Source: Octopus vulgaris (Eukaryota). Taken from it: a DNA stretch of 64,000 bases. Where the stretch lies: assembly GCA_951406725.2 (NCBI GenBank), contig OX597815.1, forward strand, positions 107,136,001 to 107,200,000, given 5' to 3'. Position numbers and translations under genes: made by a program. This document shows, piece after piece, positions 52,448-64,000 of the stretch (position 1 is the first letter of the stretch; each line of letters starts with the position of its first letter). The notes below the pieces were generated by a model, which did not search any database, was not told where the DNA came from, and worked only from the letters and a program-made list of their open reading frames with translations.

Positions 52448-53105
52448 ACCAATCTATCTATGCGTGTGTGTATTTAAAATTCATACGTCCCATTCATTCA
52501 TCTCATATAATCGCTTGGTATAATCCTAAACAATTTCTAATTTTTGTACAGCTTGTCTGTGAATAAATACTACGATTAGATGAATTTAGATTTCTTATGA
52601 GGTTTGTGTATGTCAAGTTACTCTCTTTCTCTCTACTTTCATGCACACACACACACACGCACGCACGCACGCACACACACACACACAAATACGTATTTGC
52701 ACATATAACATACATACGTACACATTAATTAGATATGTAAGTACGTGCGTATGTGTACAGTTAAACGTCTAAATATACAGCAAATGGTATAATCTAAGTG
52801 TGCAGATATTAAAATGAATAACAGTATACATGATACTTCAGACTTCGAGATCCATATAATACATGCACAAGCGTCAGTGGAGAAAGAAAGAATCGTACGT
52901 GTTATGTGTGTATGTGCGCGCGCGCGTGATTAAGAGTAAAATCATTCCTTTCTAGAAACGAAACACGCCGCAGAACAAGCTGTACAACTAAAGGGAAGAG
53001 TAATATATGCAAAATCACATCTTTTAAAGGAAAAAAAATTTACATCATCCTGATAAAACGTTCTACTTTAAGGGACTAATATAAATATTTGATGAAATTT
53101 TGTTT

Positions 53106-53144
<39 letters not shown>

Positions 53145-53555
53145 CCAAATTGAGGGAGTGGGACGGGTAAATTGTACGCTACATGAGTTTCCTAACTAAT
53201 TGAATCTCTTGATATAATAGTTAAACAATAAGATAAGCTTAGCGTAGCTAATCGTCAGACTGATATTACCTTAATGAAATGGAGGTTACATTGTCGTTTG
53301 GAATTTCCAAGTCAACTCCACCACAGTGTTGAGTTAAACTGAACAGAGAAGCCAGTAGAACAAAAAATGTCAAGAAGTATGTCAAGAGAACCTAAAAACA
53401 GAAAGACACCTTCGCGCACACATATACATACATACATACGTACGTACGTACGTACGTACGTACATACATACATACATGATGGCTGCCCCCTCGTTATCGA
53501 GTATGCCATTGCATGAAGCTTAACTGTTATTGGTGCTGTGATCGAATGTGACTTT

Positions 53556-53587
<32 letters not shown>

Positions 53588-54164
53588 CATACATACATAC
53601 ATACATACATACATACATACATACATAGATACCTACATGCATGCATACATGCATACATACATACATACATACATACATACATACATACATACATACATAC
53701 ATACATACATACATACATACATACGTACACACACAAGACTACCCGTGACCTATTGGGCCACTGGAAAAGTCTAAGTTTCCCAGCAATGGAGTTTTGTTAT
53801 GTGTTTTTTTCTTTTCCAGGTTATTTCGCATGCTTTCAACAAAGGTGACATTGAATTCACGCGTAAACGGCTCCTTTCCCCAGAAACGGAAAGATTTGGC
53901 TGCTATTTCTTGCACACCCTGCTACCACGTATCAGGTATTTCAGGTCCTTTATCGCAAATAGCTGTTCCGTAGTAGCAGGGCTTGCTAGAAATAGCAGCC
54001 AAATCATTGGAGGTGAGAAACGTTAAATGCACTCAAAAAAGCCCACGGAAAATAAATTATTTCACACCAAGTTACGAACAGGTCTTTTGCAAAATATTTA
54101 CCGTATTCTTAAATCCATATATCCCTTTGAAACCATTTTTGTAAACACACACACACACACACGA

Positions 54165-54326
54165 CGGGCTTCTTTCAGTTTCTGTCTACCAAATCGACTC
54201 ACAAGGCTTTTGTCGGCCTGAGGCTATAGGAAAAAAACACTTGCCTAAAGTGCTTCGCAGTGAGACTAACCCGGGACCGTGTGGTTGAGAGGCAAGCTTT
54301 TTGCCATGCAACCAAGCCTGTGCCTA
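54165..54326 (-). mobile_element. SINE family A 5' half
   Basis: Reverse complement of the head seen at 43292. Confidence 0.75.
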
Positions 54327-54489
54327 TAAAATGATAAGTTTTGATCAGTTTTCGAACTTTAATGCATTTCATCAGAGATGTGTGCATCAGTTAGACCATA
54401 CATTCTTTTATTCTTTTATTTTCTTCAACCAAGAGGCAGCAGCTATACTGAAGCACCTCCATGATTTTGTACTTTTATATATCATTCTT

Positions 54490-54900
54490 CTTTGGCTTGT
54501 TTCTTCAGGGTGGTAGATTTTGTATCACTACTCCTGCATACGCTTTTGCTTTTGGTTGTTGGCCTATTTGGTGTATGAGGGAATTTGACACTGCTGCCCT
54601 CATGTGTAACTTATGCCAGGCTGTTGGTTCATCCTGTTTCGTGGATAGGAGAATGTCCAGTTTGTTTTCAAAGACATCCATGTCCATGTTGTGCAGGGTT
54701 CTTCATCTTTTTAGGGGGTTTTTTCGGGGCACTGAAGAGCTGTGGACCTTTGAACCCTAACCTATGGCAACAACTGGTGCTGACTTTAGTTGGGATGGAT
54801 GGTTCAGTACCTTTTGTACAATGCAATGGTGTCCTGTTCAGGCATTTGTATAAGACTTGATGCTGAAATTGGGTACTAGCCTTTCCAGAATTTTCCATAA
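54490..54900 (-). mobile_element. CR1/L2-like LINE 3' fragment
   Basis: LGFKGPQLF and DVFENKLDILLSTKQDEPT...RAAVSNSLIHQ, homologous to 23960-24240. Confidence 0.75.
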
Positions 54901-55196
54901 GTGGATTATTACGTACCTGTTGCGTCTTCGCTCCATGGAATAAAGTCGTAAAGTCGTAATTTTTTTAGCTTCTCCCTGTAGTTCATCTGCTACACTGTTA
55001 TAACCTTTTTAGTGGACCACTTCAAATTCCGCTGTTAGTTTAGCGCTATATGGTGACCACAGCTGAGAACAAATGTATTCTACAGGGTTAACATGACTTC
55101 TTGGTCTCTTGTCTTGAAAGACATTAGTGTCCGCCCTGTCAATTGTCTTCACTTTGTTCCCATCTTGGTAATGGGCATATGAAATGACATATAATA

Positions 55197-55925
55197 CAGT
55201 ACCGTGCATAAGTCTTCGGCTACTTTTAACTATTGTAAGTTTCTATTAATTGCCAACTTATAAGTGGATGTTTCTCATTGCGTCTTTTACAGATGAAGCA
55301 TTGGCCCTGTTAGAGTTATTTCCATACCTAATCATTATATTTTATAGTAGGGATTCTGAATGAGCGGGGAAGATGTGAGATGACCACCAAAAATGACCGT
55401 TCAAAAGTTTTCGGCCACCTCACATAAACCAATCAAGATACAGTGTTGCTAACAGAAAAATGTCTATAATGAAAATTTATTACATAATGTTCATTTCAAG
55501 AAGTTACTGTATGTTGTTAATATTTCGTGTGGCTTCCCTTAGCTTGAATGATTGCTTCAATGCACCTGGGAAGAGATGCGTACAAATCCTTCACAAGTAT
55601 GAGATGCTATTCTCTCTGGCTGAGATTCCATAACTCTTCAAGATTGCGTGGATTTTTCTGAAGAACTCTTCTCTTTAGTTCTGCTCACATTTGCTTGATG
55701 ATACTTAAGTCAGGGCTCTGAGCTGGCCAATCTTTCAATATGGTAACACCTTCATCAGCCAGACTGTTGTGTTGCACACGATGTGTGGCATTGAGCTCCA
55801 TCATGCTGAAAAATCTCACCTTCATCTAAGTCTGGTATCAAATTGTCCTTCCGCAACTGGATGTATTCGGCACTATTCAAGTTACCATAAATTTTAACCA
55901 ACTTTCTTGAACCATCACTTTTTAG
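55197..55925 (-). mobile_element. Tc1-like transposon 3' half
   Basis: The minus strand gives WPAQSPDLSII and LYASLPRCIEAIIQAKGSHTKY*. The terminus is TA-CAGT, and a second copy of the terminal motif at about 55400 suggests an IR/DR end. Confidence 0.8.
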
Positions 55926-56238
55926 GTATTTTGTTGAAAGCTCGAAACAGGGAGTAATTAACAGTCGACAACTGGAGAGGGGTTAGACCTCTTTTGGTAT
56001 TTTGTCCCATACTTGTCTCTCATTATGTGTGTACATATTTTTTACTCATTGGTGATGTCCTGTTCTTATTGTATATATTTTTTTATTTTGTTCTGTACTT
56101 ATTCTCTTGTTGGTGATGACCTGTACTTGATGTATTTTATATTTATTTAATTCATAATCAAACGCCACACAGGCTTGTACCCAGTAAGTTTTTACTTTTA
56201 TATTCACTGTTTGAGTGAATTTGAATTTGAAACTGTTT

Positions 56239-56272
<34 letters not shown>

Positions 56273-57064
56273 CGGGAAGCTTTATGAAAATAAACAAAAG
56301 ACGAAGGCAGGTGGAAAACAAACGAACAATTGTATTAGTATGGCGCTCAGGAAATATAAATAAAACAAGTCTTTGTATATATATATATATATATCAAAAC
56401 AGTTTCAAATTCAAATTCACTCAAACAGTTTCAGATTCAAATTCCTTGGTACTCTTTATTTATGTGTGTGTGTGCGAGCGTATATGTCTGTACATACATG
56501 GATGTATCTTTGTGTGTAACACGGTTGTCATACCAGATATTACAAGCAGATGCTACCCACCTACTTCCTGTCCCCAACAACTCATCTCCAGGCATTATCT
56601 GGGTCTTAGTGATTTATAACCCCTAAAGAACGTGGCTCTTAATATCCCCTTATCTATTTCTCTACTGCCCCTAAGCCTCTTGTCCTGTTTCTTGTCTCTC
56701 CTCCGTCAGTGTGAGAGTATATGACTGACCTCCTTTCAATGTGCTTTATGACTACTCCTAACCTCTTAACAATACTTTTCTCCTCATGTCAATCATTAAA
56801 CAACCCATGTCACCGTAACCAACTACCCACCCACCCATTTCATCCTCACTACTCCTATTGGTTGATATATATTCTCAATAAAAAAAAATTGAAAAATTAT
56901 GAATTTTTTCACCCACTTCTCCGCTAAGTTCCAAATTTAGTCTATATTTTTATTTTGCACTACACACTTAAAATTTTGGGAGAAGCTTTGAAGGTTAAAA
57001 AGAAAATATATTTTGGAAATTGGTGATCTCCAATAAAATACCCACTGACTTTATTATCCAACAG

Positions 57065-57754
57065 GGATCTTTTCATTTCCAAAGCCTGTTTTGTCAGATT
57101 TTTCTAGTTAACTAATAATTTGAAACTTCGTATACTGGTAGAGTGTCTCAAAAGAAAACACTAGTTTCAACTTGTTTATTTGAGAAAAATGTATTTTATA
57201 ACTTTAAGGGTAGATTAAATCTGCGAATTTTAACCAATCGTATTGTTTGTTTTCATTTGAAATAATTAACTGCATTATCTTAGTGTGACGTAGAAAGCTA
57301 TTTTGTGACGTAGACAGCTGTGCGTAGGTCTGTGTTTTGTGTGTGTGTTTGATGGGGTGTGGGAGACAGAAAGTATGTTGTGTAAGTGAAGTACTTCTGT
57401 TAGTGTGTGTGAAGAGACAGAGAGAGTAATGTGTGAAAGAGAGAGATAACTGAAATTTTTTACTCTGTGTATGTGTATATGTATGTATGCATGTATGTGT
57501 GTGTGTGTGTATGTATCTATGTATGTGTGTGTGTGTGTATGTATGTGTGTGTATGTATGTGTGTGTGTGTGTGTGTATGTATGTATGGCCGATTCAGTGT
57601 TTACATTATTTCGAGTTAAAACGAAAGATTACCAAAAAAATTTTGTCTATATCTTCGATCACTGTCATTATTCCATTGAGTCAACCTCATTATTTTCTAC
57701 ATAGCAAAGGTAATCTTTCGTTTTAACTCGAAATAATGTAAACACTGAATCGGC

Positions 57755-57788
<34 letters not shown>

Positions 57789-58841
57789 CATACACACACA
57801 TACATACACACACACACATACATACACACACACACATACATACACACACACACATACATACACACACATACGAAAGATTGCCAAAGATAAAAAGTTACAG
57901 AAATAAAAGTTACACGAATAAAGTAAGGAATAAAAATCACAAAAAATATACGAAAATTTACAAAAACTAAGTTAGTTATATCTATATATATAAAACTCTA
58001 GTTGTGTGAGTGTCTGTCCCCTTCGATTTAGATTCCTAACTCCTCCCACATTTTGTAGTGCAGTTTAACCAAATTCGGGTATCTTATAGTCGTGATTCAT
58101 ATCGAGCCCGTCTGGCTATTATCGCGCGTCAACGATGAGTCTACGATTTTAAAAATAATTTAACATCATTTTTTACTCCATTTTAATGTATAATTTTTCA
58201 TGTGTCGATGGCGGCGGAGTTGGCGTCCATGCTCACAGCTGCACCTGTTTGCTTCTCCCCCTTCCCTCCCTCGTGAAGCGGTGGGGAAGGGAGTGTAAAG
58301 AAATCAACGTTGTAATGCGTTGTCAAGGAGACCAGCGTTCTTTTAGAACAACGACTTCATGGCTTGAAGACACCAAAACAGAAATGGCTAAGAAAGCCCG
58401 AATTGGCATCTATAAGGGAAGTAACTCTCTAAAAATGCTTATATAGTTATTTCCCTTACAAACCCGAGCAACACCGGGCAATACTGCTAGTAATATATAA
58501 GTTTAATATATAAGTTAGTTAATAATATATTAAAAAAATGTGAATAGAAACTGAAGGAATACGGTAACCGGGTGTTTACATTTCACGTATGTTAAATACG
58601 TCAGCAAAATAGCCGTTTACGTCTATTGAGACGGAGTAAATAATATGAAGCCGAAAGACCGAATACCATTGGTTAAAATTCTAATTATTAAACAACGTTA
58701 AACTTTGAAATTACAATTCCGTTTTCATTCTGGTTTACAATTATGTTTTCTTCTGACACATTCTACCAGTATACGAAGTTTCAAATTGTTTGGTTAAGTA
58801 GGAAAAATCCGAAAAAACAGGCCTTGGAAATGAAAAGATCC
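57065..58841. mobile_element. MITE with ~90-bp TIRs starting GG and 8-bp TSD (Merlin- or hAT-type)
   Basis: GGATCTTTTCATTTCCAA... pairs with ...TTGGAAATGAAAAGATCC. The TSD is TCCAACAG / TCAAACAG, and the empty site TCAAACAG is visible in the paralog at about 19215. Confidence 0.8.
57981..58490 (+). mobile_element. Non-autonomous Helitron nested in the MITE
   Basis: A|TCTATATATA 5' end, subterminal hairpin CCCG-AGCAACAC-CGGG, 3' CTAG|T and no TSD. Confidence 0.8.
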
Positions 58842-58932
58842 TCAAACAGAAAATGAAACATAATTTAAAAACAATAGTGAATTAAAAAAACTTTTTTTGT
58901 TACGGGGGGGGGGGGGGACACCATAAATCCTA

Positions 58933-59440
58933 CAGCTGGATGCCCTTCCTAACACCAACCACTCAGAGAGTGTAGTGGGTGCTTTTTATGTGCCACATGC
59001 ACAAGAGCCAGTCAGATCACATTCAGATGGTGCTTTTTACATACCACCGGCATGGAAGCCAGTCTAGGGGTACTGGCATCAGCCACGTTCGGTTGGTGCT
59101 TTTTACGTGCCACTGATATGGGAGCCAGTCAGGCAGACTTGGCATCGACCATGTTCGGATGGTGCTTTTTACATGCCACTGGCACAGAAGCCAGTCAAGG
59201 GGCACTGGCCACAGCTACAATATTGGTTTTATTTGACTCAACAGGTCTTCTCAAGCATATCATATCGCCCGATGCATAAGGGCTGGACATGCATAGCTGC
59301 GATCTCACATTAGTTGCCAGGTCTTCTTAATCACAGCATATCTCCAAAGGTCCTGGTCGCCTGTCATTGCCTCTGTGAGGCCCAATGTTCAAAGGCCATG
59401 CTTTGCCACCTCATCCCATGTCTTCCTGGGTCTACCTCTA
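58933..59440 (-). mobile_element. RTE-like LINE 3' end with internal ~60-bp tandem repeats
   Basis: Minus-strand RGRPRKTWDEV (RTE C-terminal motif) and four GGTGCTTTTTAC-starting units. Related tails lie at about 3360-3490, 7550-7790 and 60815-60872. Confidence 0.7.
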
Positions 59441-59551
59441 TGTGTGTGTGTGTGTGTACGTATGTCTATGGATGTATATGTATATATATATGTGTGTGTG
59501 TGTATATATACATATATGTGTATATGTGTATATGTATATGTGTATATGTGC

Positions 59552-59605
<54 letters not shown>

Positions 59606-60336
59606 AACACACACACACACACATACAGATGTGTGTGTATGTGTGTGAGAGAGATTATTCTATAATTTTTCACAGCTGTGACCATCTTGGAACAGCCTCT
59701 GTTGTCGTTTAGCCCCAGGTCAAGCATAACCAAGCAGCTAGATGATCAAAAGTATTCAAGTTGTGACAATCCAGTTTTTTTTTTGTTTTGCTTTTTAGTT
59801 GGTATCTGGTGCTCCAACATGAAATGTTACTTTTTGCCATTTTCTTAAGGCTGTAAGGTTATATAGTTTGAGGGAAATTTGATTGCTCTTTGTAGCTATT
59901 TCGTTAGTTTGTCACTATCAGTGTGAAGAGGAATATGCATACATTGACAGGATGTACATACATATATAGGCATAGATACACAAATATACATGTAACAATA
60001 ATAGATAGAAGATATATAGCTATGGTAACCCTTGGTCATCTCACCCCCATTAAAAAATTGCCATTAAAATCTGGGTTATCTCCCCACTAAAAAATCAAGT
60101 TAATGTGGCGACAACAGAGTGAATTAGATCCTTTTGATTCAGTACTTCAACACATTGTTGATGTTTGGCCTCCTCAATAGTCATGGTATGATTTGTTATA
60201 AAAATATCATCAGATTCAGTAAGATGTTTAATTTTTTCCAGTTTTCATGTTTATTAATTTTATACATATATATGTGTATGTGTTTATATATATATATATA
60301 TACATATATATGTGTGTGTGTGTATATATATATATA

Positions 60337-60790
60337 GGCGCAAGTGTGGCTGTGTTGTAAGAAGCTTGCTTCCCAACCGCATTGTTCCAGGTTCAATCCC
60401 CCTGCATGGCACCTCAGGCTGTGTGTCTTCTACTTTAGGTGTTGGCTGTCCAAAGCCTTGTGAGTGGATTTGGCAGATGGAAACTGAAGGAAGCCAGTTG
60501 TATATATAGACACATACACAAAGAAACACACAGACACACACACACACACACACAAGTGTGTGTGTGCATGTCTTTGTGCCTTTGTTTATACATCACCATT
60601 GCTTGATAACTGGTGCTGGTTTGTTTATGTCCCTGTAACTTACCAGTTAGGCAAAAGAGGAAGGTAGAATAAGTACCAGGCTTACAAAGAAAAAAAACAC
60701 AAATTACTGGGATTGGTTTGCTCAATTAAAAACTCTTCATGGCAGTGCGCTAGCATGGCCAGAGTGTAAGGGCTGAAACAAGAAAAGGGG
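60337..60790 (+). mobile_element. SINE family A, CpG-decayed copy
   Basis: Head to tail homologous to 43292-43690, with CG to CA/TG changes. Confidence 0.8.
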
Positions 60791-60871
60791 TAAAAAATTA
60801 ATAACATATATATATCATCATCATCATCATCATCATCGTTTAACGTCCGTTCTCCATGCTAGCATGGGTTG

Positions 60872-60917
<46 letters not shown>

Positions 60918-61239
60918 TACATATACATATATATATGTATGTATATCTACATACATATATATAAATGTATGTATAGGTTTATATATATATATATAATATA
61001 TATATATACAATAGAAATATTAAAATTACTAAGTCTCTCTAAAAGAGAACAACGGCAGCGTCCCCGGAAAATATTAGTTATCGCCATACTAATATGGCAT
61101 TCTTATAAAAATAAGAATAAAGCTGTCCGCTTATTAGCTCCATGAGGCCATCGCCTTAAGTTAGCTATTTGATACACAAACTGTATCCATATAACCTTTG
61201 AACAAGGGAGGTCAGTCGCTCCACACTACTTGGCCGGCA

Positions 61240-61281
61240 GCTACAGACGCGTTTCGGGGTATTGCCCCTTTTCAATGCAGC
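61240..61281 (-). ncRNA. Minimal type I hammerhead ribozyme, U3-A8 variant (inverted copy)
   Basis: Exact reverse complement of 61709-61750. Confidence 0.75.
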
Positions 61282-61708
61282 GTAGCCAGACCAGTAGGTG
61301 TCGCTTCTGACAATCTCTGTTCAAAGGTTTTATTTACCTAGCTTCGGTGGAATACATCCACTTGTTTTCAATAAACGCGTCTGTAGCTGCCGGCCAAGTA
61401 GTGTGGAGCGACTGACCTCCCTTGTTCAAAGGTTATATGGATACAGTTTGTGTATCAAATAGCTAACTTAAGGCGATGGCCTCATGGAGCTAATAAGCGG
61501 ACAGCTTTATTCTTATTTTTATAAGAATGCCATATTAGTATGGCGATAACTAATATTTTCCAGGAACGCTGCCGTTGTTCTCTTTTAGAGAGACTTAGTA
61601 ATTTTAATATTTCTATTATTGAAAACAAGTGGATGTATTCCACCGAAGCTAGGTAAATAAAACCTTTGAACAGAGATTGTCAGAAGCGACACCTACTGGT
61701 CTGGCTAC

Positions 61709-61750
61709 GCTGCATTGAAAAGGGGCAATACCCCGAAACGCGTCTGTAGC
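61709..61750 (+). ncRNA. Minimal type I hammerhead ribozyme, U3-A8 variant
   Basis: GCUGCA UUGAAAA GGGG CAAUA CCCC GAAA C GC G UC UGUAGC. Stem I is 6 bp, stem II is 4 bp with G10.1-C11.1, loop 3 is the palindrome ACGCGU, and the cleavage site is GUC. Confidence 0.78.
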
Positions 61751-61915
61751 TGCCGGCCAAGTAGTGTGGAGCGACTGACCTCCCTTGTTCAAAGGTTATA
61801 TGGATACAGTTTGTGTATCAAATAGCTAACTTAAGGCGATGGCCTCATGGAGCTAATAAGCGGACAGCTTTATTCTTATTTTTATAAGAATGCCATATTA
61901 GTATGGCGATAACTA

Positions 61916-61918
<3 letters not shown>

Positions 61919-61950
<32 letters not shown>

Positions 61951-61972
61951 CATACATATACATACATTTATA

Positions 61973-62030
<58 letters not shown>

Positions 62031-62048
62031 CATATATATAAATGTATA

Positions 62049-62092
<44 letters not shown>

Positions 62093-62400
62093 CATTTATA
62101 TATATGTATGTATATATACATACATATATATATGTGTATGTATATATATATATATATATATACATATATACATACATTTATATATATGTATGTATATATA
62201 TATACATATATATATGTGTATGTATATATATATATATACATATATATACATATATATATATATATATTATATACATACATATATATATGTATATACACAT
62301 ACATACATACATATATATATATGTGTGTGTGTGTGTTTGTGTTTGCATGTGTGTGTGTTTGTGTTTGCGTGTGTGTGTGCGCGTATGTGTAGGTATGTCT
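61919..62400. repeat. Degenerate (TA)/(CA)/(TG) microsatellite
   Basis: Seen directly. Confidence 0.93.
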
Positions 62401-63295
62401 GTATGGAGTTTGAGTGTATGTGTCCATAGATATGCACATGCATAAACTGTAAACAGGCACCAAGATTCAGCCATGAATTTGTAAAACTTTAATCTGATTA
62501 TTGTACACCTCTATAAAAGTATGATTAGTTGTAGCTATTTAAGAATATCTAAAATACACATTTGTTTATTTAGAAAGAAGTAAGTAAATGAAACCCCTAA
62601 AAAGAAAAGAAACCGTACACATAAATAATATGAATGAAATAGGATAAAACTTTCAAAACATGCTATCAGTGAAATAGAGGGTTTTTCTCTCTCTCCATTT
62701 ATAATATTCGGTATATCTTAGACAAGTAAGCTTTCGGTTCTTTTGATGTCTCTTGTGGTTTTCTGCACTGACTTTTTTTTATATTTAAACAGCTTGGTAA
62801 GTTTCTTTATTCATTGTTTAAATGAACATATTTACTGTATATATATATTTTTTGCTCATTGTTGAAGTTCAAAGAAAAGAAGTAAAATACAAATAGCTAA
62901 ATCAGTAATGCCTTATACAACCTTTGTATCTCACTTAAAAGAGGATTTTAAGAAATATTAGAAACTGTTTTGTCATATAAACAAAGTTTATAGCACAGGA
63001 AGCAAATGGTGATAGAAAATTCTTGTGTTGGGTGAAATTTTATGCTGCTAATATGGAACATTCACTTCTTTAGTTTCTGGTACAGTTGGTATCTAGCTAC
63101 CATATTTCCACTGGAGATGGCAGGGTGGGGTCAAATAAACAAACTGTCAAATGGTAAATCATTATACAAGAAATATATACTGAGTATACACACACACACA
63201 CACACACGCATATATATATATTAATATACGTATATATATATATATATGGAGGGGGTTAAATGATATATATATATATACACACATACATACATACA

Positions 63296-63365
<70 letters not shown>

Positions 63366-64000
63366 GTGGAGGTGCATGGTTTAGTCCACTCAGTGCTCCA
63401 GTCCACTCAGCTGGCAAAAATGAGTAATCCTGTGATGGACTGGCGTCCCGTCCAGGTGGGGAAACCGGGAAACCAGCCCTTATAAGCCTGGGATGGCTCG
63501 AGAAGAAACATTAATTTTTTTATATGTATATCATCATCATCATCATCATCGAGAGAGAGGAGAGAGGAGAAAGAGATACATACATACGTAGATACATGCA
63601 AATACACACACATTGAAAGAAAATAGCACCCAACACATTTGGTTGGAGTTACCTCTATTTAATAACAGTTTGGCTACTTGAAGTTTTGAAGTCCATTCAC
63701 CTCATCAGATGTCTGGATTTGTTCATCTTGTTATATTAAAGTCTTAGTATTCCACAAGCATATGTACCCTTGACATAATGGCCAAGATGAGTTGCTGAGA
63801 CACAATATGTGACAAGGCTGCTACTTTGAATCATAATTACTATCCATTTGATGAGCTTCTACACAGTTTCCATCCACTTAGTTTCACTCATGGTGTTTTC
63901 ATTGGGCTGAGGCTATGATAAAGACACTTACCAAAGATGCTCCACTGTTGGATTGAACCTGAGACTTAATGCTTGTAAAGTAAACTTCTTAACTACTCAG

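Larger units (their letters stand above)
61010..61918 (+). mobile_element. Retrozyme-like / non-autonomous Penelope-like element: 363-nt unit, one inverted monomer plus 1.5 tandem copies, in (TA)n
   Basis: 61010-61373 is the reverse complement of one full unit. 61374-61918 repeats with period 363 (GTC at 61379-61381 and 61742-61744). There is no ORF. Confidence 0.8.

Noticed and set aside
58975-59215. Regularly spaced repeats resembling a CRISPR array
   Set aside because: The intervening sequences are also homologous to each other. They are tandem repeats in an RTE 3' UTR, in a eukaryotic context with no cas genes.
63675-63712. Minus-strand CTGATGAGG...CAAAAC
   Set aside because: G12 is absent and the stems do not pair, so it cannot be told apart from chance.

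Overview
AT-rich, repeat-saturated animal DNA. The SINE and microsatellite content points to an octopus genome (inference). No intact protein-coding exon is supported, and nearly all long ORFs are translated microsatellites. The window holds decayed LINEs (RTE, CR1/L2, Tx1/L1, R4/Dong), Penelope-like RT relics, Tc1/mariner, hAT, piggyBac-type and Merlin/hAT-type MITEs, a Helitron and several tRNA-derived SINE families. A probable non-coding first exon and promoter of a leftward gene lies at about 14.1-14.75 kb, and a CARD-like pseudo-exon at about 51.3 kb. The strongest unexplained signal is a set of minimal type I hammerhead ribozyme (HHR) motifs from several unrelated short elements. The best is a young 363-nt tandem plus inverted retrozyme-like element at 61.0-61.9 kb whose HHR core carries a compensatory U3-A8 pair in place of C3-G8. 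All calls are by eye and boundaries of decayed elements are approximate.
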